The notes below the pieces were generated by a model. That model was not told where the DNA came from. It searched no databases and saw only the letters and a list, made by a program, of their open reading frames with translations. 64,000 nucleotides of DNA, taken from NCBI GenBank assembly GCA_965198235.1, contig OZ240248.1:3712001-3776000 (forward strand). Direction: 5' to 3'. This document shows, piece by piece, positions 38,800 through 49,220 of this stretch (position 1 is its first letter; each line of letters begins with the position of its first letter). This DNA comes from Candidatus Poribacteria bacterium. Lineage in GTDB: Bacteria > Poribacteria > WGA-4E > WGA-3G. A program made the position numbers and the translations under genes.

Positions 38800-40374
38800 A
38801 TGGCGTCTATTGAGATAGAGTATCTCGGTTTTACCTATCCGAGTCGTGAGACTCCGACGCTGCACGGGATTACGACGCGTGTGCCTTCCGGAGCGTTTGT
38901 GCTACTGACGGGTCCAACAGGGTGTGGCAAGTCGACTTTGCTGCGGACACTAAACGGTTTGATTCCGCATGCTTCGGCAGGAACGCTCACTGGAACGGTG
39001 CGTCTTAACGATAAGGCCATCGCTGCACAACCCCTCGCGACTACGTGTCAGCAGGTCGCGCTTCTCTTCCAAAATCCCGACGATCAACTCTTTTGCACGC
39101 GAGTCGAGGACGAAATCGCCTTTGGACTCGAAAATCTCGGTTTCCCTCCCGAAAAAATTAAAGAACGGATTGCTGTTGCCTTGAAACAGGTAGGACTCCC
39201 GGACTTTGCCTCACGGGAGATCTCATCGCTTTCTGGTGGTCAAAAACAGCGCGTTGCTCTTGCTGCTGTCTGTGCGATGCAACCACAAGTGCTGCTGTTA
39301 GATGAGCCAACGAGCCATCTTGATCCACAGGGAACACATGACATCCTCACTATCGTCACGCAGTTGAATAGGGAGTTGGGGATAACGATTATTTTGGCAA
39401 CGCATCGAACCAAGGAAGTTGCCACGCTGTGTGACCATGTATGGCTGATGGACGAAGGACGGCTCTGCCTGGATTTGCCTGAAGCGGAAGCGTTTCAGGA
39501 TCTCACGCCATATCAGCGTTTGGGTGTGCAGGTTCCGAAAACCGAGGAATCCTCAGTAGACGCATCGTTATCGAGCCCTTCAACTGTATCGGCTAAAAGT
39601 GTTCACGAGTCAACATCTCAGACCTCTCTCCTCAGCATCCGCGAAATCCAATTCAGTTATCCGAACACCGATGAGGATGCGGTGCGTTCAATTTCCTGCG
39701 AGGTGCCGCGTGGAGAGGTTCTCGCTATCATGGGCGCGAACGGTTCTGGTAAAACGACATTGATCCATCTCATCGCGGGATTGCTGCGTCCGACGACAGG
39801 GGAGGTTGTCATTGCCGGGAAATCGTCCAGTCGTCCGAAGCTTCATCAATTGGCAGGTAAAATCGGTATCGTTTTTCAAGATCCAGACCTATTGCTACAG
39901 GCGGAGACGGTTCGCGATGAGGTCGCGTTTGGTCCCAAAAACCTCAAATTCCCTGCACAGACCCTCGAAAATAGGGTTAATAGAATACTTGAGCGATTTG
40001 ATTTACGGGATATTGACTTAGAGGCACCGTATTCGCTGTCTCGAGGACAACGCCAACGGACTGCTGTCGCGGCAACTTTTTCTCTGCACCCTGAGCTTTT
40101 CCTCCTTGATGAACCCACCACGGGTCAAGATGCTCAACATCTCCACCAGTTGATGGACGAACTCTGCGATGAAATCCGGCGCGAAAATAAAACCCTCATT
40201 TTTGCAACACACGACACAGAACTCACCCTAAAATATGCTGACCGTGTCCTCTTATTGCGCGACGGTAAAGTAATTTTCGATGGCGCGCCTGATTCCGCTT
40301 TTACAAATCCTGAGCTCCTACAGCGGGCATCGCTCCTCGCTCAGCTCCCAACCGCAGTAAATGCGGTTTCCTAA
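38800..40374 (+). CDS. ECF transporter double-ATPase subunit
   Basis: Two ABC domains (GPTGCGKS/LSGGQ; GANGSGKT/LSRGQ), FQNPDDQL. Confidence 0.92.
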   Translation: MASIEIEYLGFTYPSRETPTLHGITTRVPSGAFVLLTGPTGCGKSTLLRTLNGLIPHASAGTLTGTVRLNDKAIAAQPLATTCQQVALLFQNPDDQLFCTRVEDEIAFGLENLGFPPEKIKERIAVALKQVGLPDFASREISSLSGGQKQRVALAAVCAMQPQVLLLDEPTSHLDPQGTHDILTIVTQLNRELGITIILATHRTKEVATLCDHVWLMDEGRLCLDLPEAEAFQDLTPYQRLGVQVPKTEESSVDASLSSPSTVSAKSVHESTSQTSLLSIREIQFSYPNTDEDAVRSISCEVPRGEVLAIMGANGSGKTTLIHLIAGLLRPTTGEVVIAGKSSSRPKLHQLAGKIGIVFQDPDLLLQAETVRDEVAFGPKNLKFPAQTLENRVNRILERFDLRDIDLEAPYSLSRGQRQRTAVAATFSLHPELFLLDEPTTGQDAQHLHQLMDELCDEIRRENKTLIFATHDTELTLKYADRVLLLRDGKVIFDGAPDSAFTNPELLQRASLLAQLPTAVNAVS

Positions 40375-40511
40375 CCGCACCGGATCTGCCCAAGCATCTT
40401 CCATTAATTGATTAGTCCCAAGGCACTTCTCTACTCACGGGCAAAGTTTGTAACCAGCGAATCTTCTGATGTATAGATAGTTCATAAATCGCCTTGATCG
40501 GAGAAATATAC

Positions 40512-40540
40512 TTGATAGCCATCATCGAATATGCTATACT
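40512..40540 (+). promoter_or_regulatory. Sigma70-type promoter of MNT-HEPN gene
   Basis: TTGATA-17-TATACT with TG extension, then AGGAGG RBS. Confidence 0.6.
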
Positions 40541-40561
40541 TGAGTTGAAAGGAGGGCTTGC

Positions 40562-41317
40562 ATGATTACCCGACAAGAGATTCAATCTACATGTGATGAC
40601 ATCGTGCGTGAATTCGCACCGCTACAAGTTATTCTTTTTGGCTCCTATGCTTATGGTACGCCAACAGAGGACTCGGATGTAGATCTGCTCGTCGTGATGC
40701 CTGTTCCAAAATCGGAATTTATCCGTAAAGCAATTGAGATTCGACAACGTATTCCCTATCGTTTCGGTATGGATCTCTTGGTTCGATCGCCGGAAGAGAT
40801 TGCCTATCGTGTCTCGTATAACGATTGGTTTCTTCGCGAGATTACTGAAAAAGGTGAGCTGCTCCATGGTTCTAACACACACAACAATATAGGAAACCCA
40901 CCACACACGCCGAACCCTGTCAAAAAGGAGAAGGACTGCATGAACCCGCTGACGCTGGAATGGATAGAGAAGGCTGAAGAAGATTATAATACAGCAAAGT
41001 GGCTTCAGCAATCACCTAATCCGGTCTATAATTCTATTTGCTTTCATGCCCAACAGTGTATTGAAAAATACCTCAAGGTATGGTTGCAAGAGGCAGACAT
41101 TCCTGTGCCAAGGACCCATAACCTTGAAGAATTGCTGGGGTTGATTGTAACGACGTTGCCTGCTTGGCACGATTGGCAGCCTGATTTTAAAATAATAACG
41201 GCATACGCGGTAGAGTCACGCTATCCTGGAGACTCAGCAACCGCCGACAATGTCCAGCATGCGATGCACATTTGTGATGAAGTACGTCAAGCCGTTCGGA
41301 CACATTTGAAACTATAG
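40562..41317 (+). CDS. Fused minimal nucleotidyltransferase (MNT) - HEPN protein
   Basis: LFGSYAYG...DSDVD; HEPN part FHAQQCIEKYLK, THNL, RYP; internal RBS and ATG at 40940. Confidence 0.9.
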   Translation: MITRQEIQSTCDDIVREFAPLQVILFGSYAYGTPTEDSDVDLLVVMPVPKSEFIRKAIEIRQRIPYRFGMDLLVRSPEEIAYRVSYNDWFLREITEKGELLHGSNTHNNIGNPPHTPNPVKKEKDCMNPLTLEWIEKAEEDYNTAKWLQQSPNPVYNSICFHAQQCIEKYLKVWLQEADIPVPRTHNLEELLGLIVTTLPAWHDWQPDFKIITAYAVESRYPGDSATADNVQHAMHICDEVRQAVRTHLKL

Positions 41318-41488
41318 TAAAATCGAAAAATATCTCTCACTGCGAGGCAACTTTACGAAACAACATCCCCTCGCATCGCTGGCGAGGTTTCCTGCAGAAA
41401 TCCGCTCGCGGCAAATAAGGTATAATCCGAGTTCATAATCCAATAAGGAGAAAATCAAGTAAAAATAAATACAATTTTTCATGCTTTA

Positions 41489-41917
41489 GTGCTTTTTATG
41501 GCAGTCCTAACTTTCAGCATGCCTTTTGTCACCTTTGCCCAACAGCATTCTATGCAGGCAGAGGCTGTAATCGCTGCTGAACAAGATGCCAATAAAGATG
41601 TGAACAAACCTTTTTGGTTTGGTGCTGGTTGTCTTCTTTCTGGACTCTTCTTTTTGCCGCCTCCGTTTGGTTATATTGTGCCGCCATCTGGTGCTGTTGG
41701 GACCTATTTCTATCGACCGGCACCGTCAGCTTCTCGGTTGATTGGGAAATCGCCTGAATATGTAGACACCTACACATCAGTCTATAAATTAAAAAGAGGG
41801 AATATTCAGGCGCAATGGACATCAGCTGGTTGTCTCAGTGGTTGCGTCATACTTGGGACGATAGCTGTGAGTATACGCATAGGTATTGGACTTGGAGTAG
41901 AAGCTGCAAAACAGTGA
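41489..41917 (+). CDS. Hypothetical membrane protein
   Basis: Signal peptide plus two Gly-rich hydrophobic segments (GAGCL, SAGCL). Confidence 0.7.
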   Translation: MLFMAVLTFSMPFVTFAQQHSMQAEAVIAAEQDANKDVNKPFWFGAGCLLSGLFFLPPPFGYIVPPSGAVGTYFYRPAPSASRLIGKSPEYVDTYTSVYKLKRGNIQAQWTSAGCLSGCVILGTIAVSIRIGIGLGVEAAKQ

Positions 41918-41930
41918 ACTTGAAAATCAA

Positions 41931-41964
41931 TGTGGTGGCAAGTGCCAGAGGTTTGCCACCACAC
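41931..41964 (+). terminator. Stem-loop between genes (possible terminator or REP)
   Basis: TGTGGTGGCAA...TTGCCACCACA inverted repeat; no strong U-tract. Confidence 0.4.
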
Positions 41965-41979
41965 TGTTCATAGAGATAG

Positions 41980-42699
41980 ATGTTTAAAAACGCTTTATTC
42001 TCCATAACACTCTTGTTTATATTCCTTCTCGTTGATATTCTTTACGCTGCGCCGTTAAAGACCCTCTCCTTGGACTTTACGCGCGAATTAACCGAGAACG
42101 ACAAAACGGAACGCATCTCAGGTACACTTCATTACGACGCAAAAGCGGCACGGGTTGTCGTTGAGGTTAGCGAGCCGCTCAAGCAGATAATGGTCGTGAA
42201 GGATAAGTCGTTAGAGATCTATTACCCTGTAGAGAAACAGGCATTCCGTTTTATCTCTGAAGGACGGATTCCACTCCCGTTTGTTGAATCCATCATTCAG
42301 TCTACACAAGCGGAGTATGGATTGACAGCAATCGGGTATTCTTTGGAAAAGCACGATATCGTAGACGAGATTCTCTATAGCTATTGGAGTCCCCCTAAGA
42401 AAGCGAAAGACCAACTCGGTACTATTATCTTAGGTATGCAGGACGATAGACTTATCTCTGCCGAGGTCAAGAATCCGAAAGGGCATATCATCGCCAGATC
42501 GCACTACCAGAACCACACCAAAGTAGACGTTAACTATGTTCCGATGATGGTTACCTCCAGTACGTATGATGATAACTCCGAAGTACTCCAATACGAACAG
42601 GTTATCTATAGCAACCCACTGGTAAACGTGGATCCACCAAATCCAATACTCAATTTCACAATCCCTGAATCGGTGGAGGTTAAAGAGGTCAAATGGTGA
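41980..42699 (+). CDS. LolA-like periplasmic protein
   Basis: Signal peptide; LSLDF...SGTLHY...P..QIMV...IYYP..KQA; C-terminal FTIPESVEV. Confidence 0.65.
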   Translation: MFKNALFSITLLFIFLLVDILYAAPLKTLSLDFTRELTENDKTERISGTLHYDAKAARVVVEVSEPLKQIMVVKDKSLEIYYPVEKQAFRFISEGRIPLPFVESIIQSTQAEYGLTAIGYSLEKHDIVDEILYSYWSPPKKAKDQLGTIILGMQDDRLISAEVKNPKGHIIARSHYQNHTKVDVNYVPMMVTSSTYDDNSEVLQYEQVIYSNPLVNVDPPNPILNFTIPESVEVKEVKW

Positions 42700-43136
42700 G
42701 TCGCCTTGTTTGTCGTCCATCCATCTTTTTCTGTGTATGTTGTTTTTCAGTTATTCTCTTCATTTCACCTGCGTTTTCTGGTGAAGCAACGGATCTTGAG
42801 TTCATTCGTAAGTTTAACCCAATGACAACACAGAAACCCCAAGAGATTGTCCGCTTTAATCCACAGGAACCTTCCGAACTGGAACTTGTCGCGACCGGAT
42901 TGATTCGGCTTTACCAGAAGTTTGTCTCCAGCCAAGACGGTCCAACATGTAACTTCCAACCGACCTGTTCTCGCTTCGGCATGGCGTGCATACAGGAATA
43001 TGGTGTAGTCCGAGGGATACTGCTTACTGCTGATAGACTCATCCGGTGCAACGGGTCGCAGTCGCAGCATTACCACAAAGATGGCGTAACAGGTAAATAC
43101 ATGGACCCCGTTTCAGACTATGCAACACTAAAATAG
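42693..43136 (+). CDS. YidD-like (haemolytic-domain) protein with signal peptide
   Basis: IRLYQKFVS..DGPTCNFQPTCS...DRLIRCN. Confidence 0.85.
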   Translation: MVSRLVCRPSIFFCVCCFSVILFISPAFSGEATDLEFIRKFNPMTTQKPQEIVRFNPQEPSELELVATGLIRLYQKFVSSQDGPTCNFQPTCSRFGMACIQEYGVVRGILLTADRLIRCNGSQSQHYHKDGVTGKYMDPVSDYATLK

Positions 43137-43180
43137 TCAAGAAGTTGGGTTTCGCTACATTCAGGCCAACTACGAGTTAT

Positions 43181-44065
43181 ATGAACACCACGCAAATCCC
43201 CAAATTCCTACTCATCATCTTCTTTGCTATTACACTTTTACCCTTCACAGCCGCCGAAGAATCTATTGAATACTATGCTCCCGAAAACGTCCGTAAATTC
43301 GCTGATTTTCTATATGAGCAAGGTGATTACCGCCGCGCCGCGGGTGAATACCAACGTTATCTCTTTTATCAACCACAAGAAAGCCAGCAGATACGCTATA
43401 GAATTGCCCTCTGCTATCGTTTTGCGGGTCAAACCGAGCAAGCCCTCCAGAGTTTTCAGACGCTTTTACGGACGCACCCTGAAGGTCGGTATGTAAGCCG
43501 TGCCTACTATCAGATTGGTGCCACCTATTTCCTGACGGATCAGTTTGCGCAATCTGCGCGATTTCTACGTGAAACTTTGTCACGCGTAACAGATGCCCAG
43601 CAACACGCCGAAGCCGAGCAGCTCATTGGACTTTCTTATCTGATGCAGAAACAGTGGTCTGAAGCGGGTGAGATTTTCAAGACGTTGCAGGGATCGGAGG
43701 TGGCTTCGATCAGCCAAAAGGCGATAGTATATCACAATTTTGCAGAGGCAGGTGCACATCTGCCCACCCGTAGTCCGTTTTTGGCTGGGGTACTCTCTAC
43801 AATTGTCCCCGGAGCTGGCCGACTCTATACGGGTAGGATCAGCGATGCGCTTACATCTCTGCTCACTGTTACTTTAACAGGATGGCAGGCTTACGACGGT
43901 TTCCACAGGGATGGCATATCATCAGTGAAAGGATGGACGCTCGGCACAATCAGTGGTATCCTCTACGTGGGTAACATCTACGGTTCGGTAATTTCAGCCC
44001 GCGTTTACAATCGTCACGTAGCGGACGAGTTCTTGACAACACTATCTGTAGAATTACCGTATTGA
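43181..44065 (+). CDS. TPR protein with C-terminal membrane segment
   Basis: Signal peptide, TPR helices, LSTIVPGAGRLY hydrophobic tail. Confidence 0.85.
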   Translation: MNTTQIPKFLLIIFFAITLLPFTAAEESIEYYAPENVRKFADFLYEQGDYRRAAGEYQRYLFYQPQESQQIRYRIALCYRFAGQTEQALQSFQTLLRTHPEGRYVSRAYYQIGATYFLTDQFAQSARFLRETLSRVTDAQQHAEAEQLIGLSYLMQKQWSEAGEIFKTLQGSEVASISQKAIVYHNFAEAGAHLPTRSPFLAGVLSTIVPGAGRLYTGRISDALTSLLTVTLTGWQAYDGFHRDGISSVKGWTLGTISGILYVGNIYGSVISARVYNRHVADEFLTTLSVELPY

Positions 44066-44088
44066 TTGAGAAACCCTACATATCCTAC

Positions 44089-45105
44089 TCATCGCCTTGT
44101 GACGAATTCTGGTTGTGCAACTTGCATGCGGATTGGCGGTAACCCTGCCGCGATGGCTTCAACGTCATCTGTAACCCTTCTGCCGATGTCGAAAAGTGCG
44201 TGGTCGATAGCACCCGCCATGTGACAGGTGAGTATCGTATTTTCGGTCTCTCGGACCGGATGATCGGACGGGGGCGGTTCCTCAGGATAGACATCAATCG
44301 TTGCTCGAAATCTGCCAGCATTTGTCAATTCAAGGAGCGCGTCGAAATCAACAAGGTGCGAACGGCTTGCTAAGACAAGCACTGCCCCCGGCTTAATCTG
44401 TGCCAATTTCTCGTAAGTCAGCAGCTCCCTGTTCTCCAGTGTTGGAATCGCTAAAACGAAGGTGACATCGCACGTTTGCAGCAGTTCCTCCAACCCCATC
44501 GGATGTATTCCCTGCTGTTCTAAATGTGTATCAGGAAGCCACGGATCGTAGGCGTGCAGTTTACATTTGAAAGGTGCTAACAGCAGTCGAAGCTCCCGTG
44601 CGAGGTTTCCATAGCCGATGATACCCACCGTTGCATTATAGAGCGTGCAAATGTCGGCTTGCCCACGCCACCCCCAGTTCTCTTCACCTCGACGCATTCG
44701 TCGATCGGCATCGACGATGTTCCGTAAGGCAGCCAGGGCGTGTCCCAACGCCATCTCAGCCACCATTTTGGCGAAAGCAGGCGCGCAACTCAGCACACGA
44801 ATACTCCGTCTGAAGCAGGTTTGGTAATCAACCTGTCCCTTTCTGGGATGTGCACCGCCTACCTCCATAATAGTCGTCAGATGCGGCGCGGCATTTTCGT
44901 CAACATCCCCGACCCCGTAGCTGGGAATACCTATCAGAATAGATGCCTCTTTCTTGGCTTCGGTCCACGCATCTTCGGGCATCTGTTCGTCTTTACCCCA
45001 GATAACTTCAACAGTATTCCCAAGCCGTTGCAGGTCGCCTGATGTGAAAATGGTGTCGAGTTGCCGTACCGGACGCGTATGCAAAATCGCTTTTAACATT
45101 ATCAA
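44089..45105 (-). CDS. D-isomer-specific 2-hydroxyacid dehydrogenase
   Basis: GIIGYGNLA, YDPW, SR, DVYPEEP, HMAG. Confidence 0.92.
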   Translation of the reverse strand: MIMLKAILHTRPVRQLDTIFTSGDLQRLGNTVEVIWGKDEQMPEDAWTEAKKEASILIGIPSYGVGDVDENAAPHLTTIMEVGGAHPRKGQVDYQTCFRRSIRVLSCAPAFAKMVAEMALGHALAALRNIVDADRRMRRGEENWGWRGQADICTLYNATVGIIGYGNLARELRLLLAPFKCKLHAYDPWLPDTHLEQQGIHPMGLEELLQTCDVTFVLAIPTLENRELLTYEKLAQIKPGAVLVLASRSHLVDFDALLELTNAGRFRATIDVYPEEPPPSDHPVRETENTILTCHMAGAIDHALFDIGRRVTDDVEAIAAGLPPIRMQVAQPEFVTRR

Positions 45106-45124
45106 TCCTTTTTTAAGTACCTTT

Positions 45125-45681
45125 TTATCGCATAAGATCTGACTTAAGTTTTCCCCATGTTGTTGCCAGTTTATCTTGAGGTTTTACTGTTAATACGCCT
45201 TCGATGCCTCTGTTCATTAACTCCTGAATCTCCTGCTCGGAGTGTGCAATGTTGGAAATCCTGACCTCATCCATTCGTCCTTCTAAGAATGGACCTGCAC
45301 CCCGGCCGAGCCACAAGACCTCGTTATTCGGAACGATGTCTCCACCGATTTTGCCTTCACCGTCCAAAACGCCATTGATGTAAATCTTGGCTTCACCGGA
45401 CTTCGCATCGTAGGTACCAGCGATATGTGTCCATTTTTTAAGTGGCATGTCTGTTTTACCGGCAATAGCAGCAGCACCCCAAGCCCCGGATTACCCTCTC
45501 CCCATTTCGGACCCATAAGTTCGCCATCGTTGTTGTTTCCAGAGAGATCTTTAACGGTCTTCCCCGCCCCTGTTTCAAAAGTGTAAAGAAGGACAGTGTG
45601 TTCATCTTGCGCGAAGCTAATCAAGTTCTCAGCAGATATTAACAAGAGGACTAACGTTAGCCAGCGTATGCTGTTCTGCAT
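45125..45681 (-). pseudogene. LamG-like jellyroll gene with internal deletion/frameshift
   Basis: N-half (signal peptide, DLSGNNNDG) and C-half (WTHIAGTYD...MDEVRI...KLATTWG) in different frames; junction near 45475. Confidence 0.85.
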
Positions 45682-45771
45682 GATGGGATTTTTCCTTACT
45701 TAAGTGTGATTTGGCATTTTAGCATAGATCGATCCAACCCGCAATTCAAAAATGGACATACCGTCTTTTCT

Positions 45772-45798
45772 GAACAAATTTGATGCCGATTTGCCTAA
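45772..45798 (+). promoter_or_regulatory. Putative ECF sigma promoter (copy 1)
   Basis: GAACAA-N16-CCTAA(TCTAA); same boxes with different spacer at 50556. Confidence 0.5.
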
Positions 45799-45965
45799 TC
45801 TAACAAGGGGAATAGACCAAAATCTTCCAACTGTTAGAGAGAAAAATCTATGACGCGAAACAGGTTACCATTGTTCTTGCGTTATTTTTTTTCAGCGTTA
45901 TACTGAAGCCATGAAAAACACAAAACAGCGAGTTTCGCCCCACTTTTCTATAGAGACGCTCAAAA

Positions 45966-48029
45966 TTGGGACTTGACATGCAGTATACATCGCAGCAAAA
46001 TGATTGGTTGGTTCAACCCTTTCGTCAGCCCGCTTCAGTAGAAAAAACGGACAATCAGCTTACTCTTGATAACGGGCTCATTCAGCGAACATTCGTCACC
46101 TCACCTAATTTCGCAACGGTTGATTATACCAATCAAATTACCGGTAGCAGTCTTCTTCGTGGCATCAAACCAGAGGCGGTACTTACGATTAACGGATGCC
46201 AATTTGAGGTAGGTGGCTTGAAAGGGCAACCCGACTATGCCTATCTTGATTTGGATTGGGTTTCGGACTTGACAAGTGACGGGAACGCATTTCAATTTCG
46301 CGAATATCGAGTTGGTGAAACTGAAACCCGCTATCCGTGGGTACGCAGGCGTTCCACAACATCATCCGTATATCCACCAGAGGGTGTGACACTGACCGTT
46401 GAATTCGCGTCCCCGCTATCCGTTGACGCCCTCCGGGTTTGTGGGCATTATGAACTCTACCGAGGCGTTCCGGTACTGTCCAAGTGGGTCACTGTTCGCA
46501 ATGAGAGCCAAAAACCGATTCAACTTGATGCCTTAAACTGTAAAATCCTTGCGGTCAATGAGCAGGAGAAGCATCGGCTACATGTCGAGAGCGATTATGC
46601 TTTCAGTGGAATGGAAGCGACACACTGGGGTCCAGATGTGAATTACAAGACACAGGTTGATTATCACTATCAGATGCCACTGTTGATGACAAGTTGTTAT
46701 CCACTCGGTCCGGGAATACTTCCTCAACCGGGAGAGACTTTCAAGGGTTTCCGCACCTTTGAAATTCTACATGATAGTGATGATCGTGAACGAAAAGGAC
46801 TTGCACGCCGCAAGATGTATCGCACAGTCGCGCCACAGGTCGCAGAGAATCCAATTCTAATGCACGTTCGGAGTGCCGAACCGGACGCGGTCCGTTTGGC
46901 GATCGATCAGTGCGCCGAAGTCGGATTTGAGATGGTGATTATGACCTTTGGAAGCGGATTTAACATTGAGAGCGAAAACCCGGAATACATCACCACAATG
47001 AAGGAATTGACCGATTATGCACATCGCAAAGGTATTCAGCTCGGTGGTTATACATTGATGTGTGCTTCTCGGAATGTGGGTGAAGATTTTAACTGTATTG
47101 ACCCGGACACTGGGCAACCCGGGAGTAGATTTGGGCAGAGTGCTTGTCTTGCGAGCAGATGGGCGGACGGCTATTTTCAGCGAGTGCTGAATTTCATGGA
47201 TGCAACCGGAATGGATGTCATAGAAACTGATGGTCCTTATCATGGTGACATCTGTGCGGCAACGACGCACGAACACCATAACGGCTTGGCGGATTCGCAG
47301 TTGCGCCAGTGGGAAGCGTGTGTTCTTTTTTACCACGAATGCCGAAAACGCGGTATCTATGTCAATTCGCCAGATAGGTATTACCTCAACGGTTCAAACA
47401 AATGTGGTATGGGCTATCGCGAAACGAATTTCAGCTTGCCCCGCGAGCGACAAATTCTAATTGCCCGGCAGAATATCTACGATGGAACTTTTGAAAAGAC
47501 ACCGAGTATGGGTTGGATGTTCGTCCCGTCGGTGGAGTACCACGGTGGCGGAGAAGCCGCAACGTTTGAACCGCTTTGCGAACACCTTGATGATTACGAA
47601 TCACATCTATCACAGAACTTCGGCAGTGGTGTGATTGCGTGCTATCGCGGTCCCCGACTTTTTGATACTGAACAGACGAAAGCAGTCGTTAAGAAATGGG
47701 TTGACTTCTACAAAAAGTATCGCCCAATATTGGATTCTGACCTGATTCACGTGCGCCGTCCAGATGGTCGTTCCATTGATTGTGTGCTTCACGCCAACTC
47801 GCAAATCAACCCCTGTGGACTCGCGATGCTCTATAATCCTACGCTGACGGTGCAACAGATCACTTTGAAACTATCGCTCTATTATACTGGGTTGTCGGAA
47901 ATTGCCAAGGTTCGTGAAGAAGAAGGAGCACCTAAACATTACAAGATCGACCGGGATTACAACGTTGAGATTCCGATTAAGATGGAAGCTAAGAGCGTAA
48001 GTTATCTCGTTATTGAACCTGAAGTTTGA
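45966..48029 (+). CDS. Glycoside hydrolase, alpha-galactosidase-like (GH36/clan D-like)
   Basis: GFEMVIMTFGSG, ETDGPYHGD, GYRETN, VEYHGGG motifs. Confidence 0.7.
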   Translation: MGLDMQYTSQQNDWLVQPFRQPASVEKTDNQLTLDNGLIQRTFVTSPNFATVDYTNQITGSSLLRGIKPEAVLTINGCQFEVGGLKGQPDYAYLDLDWVSDLTSDGNAFQFREYRVGETETRYPWVRRRSTTSSVYPPEGVTLTVEFASPLSVDALRVCGHYELYRGVPVLSKWVTVRNESQKPIQLDALNCKILAVNEQEKHRLHVESDYAFSGMEATHWGPDVNYKTQVDYHYQMPLLMTSCYPLGPGILPQPGETFKGFRTFEILHDSDDRERKGLARRKMYRTVAPQVAENPILMHVRSAEPDAVRLAIDQCAEVGFEMVIMTFGSGFNIESENPEYITTMKELTDYAHRKGIQLGGYTLMCASRNVGEDFNCIDPDTGQPGSRFGQSACLASRWADGYFQRVLNFMDATGMDVIETDGPYHGDICAATTHEHHNGLADSQLRQWEACVLFYHECRKRGIYVNSPDRYYLNGSNKCGMGYRETNFSLPRERQILIARQNIYDGTFEKTPSMGWMFVPSVEYHGGGEAATFEPLCEHLDDYESHLSQNFGSGVIACYRGPRLFDTEQTKAVVKKWVDFYKKYRPILDSDLIHVRRPDGRSIDCVLHANSQINPCGLAMLYNPTLTVQQITLKLSLYYTGLSEIAKVREEEGAPKHYKIDRDYNVEIPIKMEAKSVSYLVIEPEV

Positions 48030-48338
48030 ATCCACCCTATTTTTTCGAGTGTATTGCCCAAATAATATTTTTCTTAAAGGAAACCGCGAAATCCCCTTAT
48101 TAGGGGACTTTGAGAAGAGTTCTTGGTGAAGTTGATAGAAGGTTATACCATTTCTGAAAATAAATATCACATAGACGGCTTTTCTGAAGGGATACACGGC
48201 AGCACAAACTAAAAGTTTATGCTACATGCATATTGAAACGTATTCAATTAGAAATGGTATTACAACACCAGTGAAGCACAAAGTGCTATAATCCTGATTT
48301 TCCAATCAGGAGACTGCACTGGACAATTGGAGAAAAAA

Positions 48339-49106
48339 ATGAGAGTCATCCAATTAAAAAAAGCAATTTTGGTATACGTGATGCTGGTCTCCATCAGTTT
48401 CATGATTCCAGATCTAAGTTCTGCCAAACTCGATGCGGACGCACTTTTGGGAATATGGTTCTTTGATGAAGGTAAAGGCGGTGAGGCAATAGATTCTTCC
48501 GAGAATGGCAATGACGGAGAGATTGTTGATGCCCAATGGGTCGATGGTGAGTTCGGCAAAGCCCTAAAGTTTGAGGGAGGAGGTCATGTTGCTGTCGGTG
48601 ATTTTTCTGACTATGAGGATGAAGTATCAATCGTCGCTTTGATTAAAACGCCTGCAGCCCCTGCATGGTCTGACATCATCGTAGGTCCCTGCGGCGATGT
48701 TATCTTGACATTAAGGGACCACAAATTAAATTTCGCTGGACAGTGTGCGCAACCGATTCCGCATAATACGTGGTCTAAAAGTTTATTGAACGATGATAAG
48801 TGGCACCAGATTTCAGGTACGTATGACGGAAAAGAAGTGAAGGTCTATATTGATGGTGAAGAAGAAGCATCTAATGCCGCCGCAGGTCCATTTAAAGCGG
48901 GTCCAAAGTATATTGGCTCCAGAGACGACAAGCAGGAGGCTTTCACCGGTCTCATTGATGAGATTGCATTTTTCAATGTTGCACTCTCAGAAGCTGATGT
49001 GAAGGCGATTGCAGACAGTGGATTATCTATCGCACTCGGTTTTGCCGCGGTGTCTCCTCAAGCGAAACTGGCGACGGCTTGGGCGAGATTGAAAACGGAA
49101 CATTAA
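48339..49106 (+). CDS. LamG-like jellyroll domain secreted protein
   Basis: WFFDEG, DSSENGNDG, WHQISGTYDG, IDEIAFFN; C-terminal AVSPQAKLATAWARLK. Confidence 0.9.
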   Translation: MRVIQLKKAILVYVMLVSISFMIPDLSSAKLDADALLGIWFFDEGKGGEAIDSSENGNDGEIVDAQWVDGEFGKALKFEGGGHVAVGDFSDYEDEVSIVALIKTPAAPAWSDIIVGPCGDVILTLRDHKLNFAGQCAQPIPHNTWSKSLLNDDKWHQISGTYDGKEVKVYIDGEEEASNAAAGPFKAGPKYIGSRDDKQEAFTGLIDEIAFFNVALSEADVKAIADSGLSIALGFAAVSPQAKLATAWARLKTEH

Positions 49107-49220
49107 CTTGTTGAGGGTATTAACTTCGTTATTATACGTGCGCTCAGATTCGGTATGTAGTGAATCAGTCCAGATGCGCGCACTGCCTTGCAGTGAGAGT
49201 CGTTGGGGTTGAACGAAACG

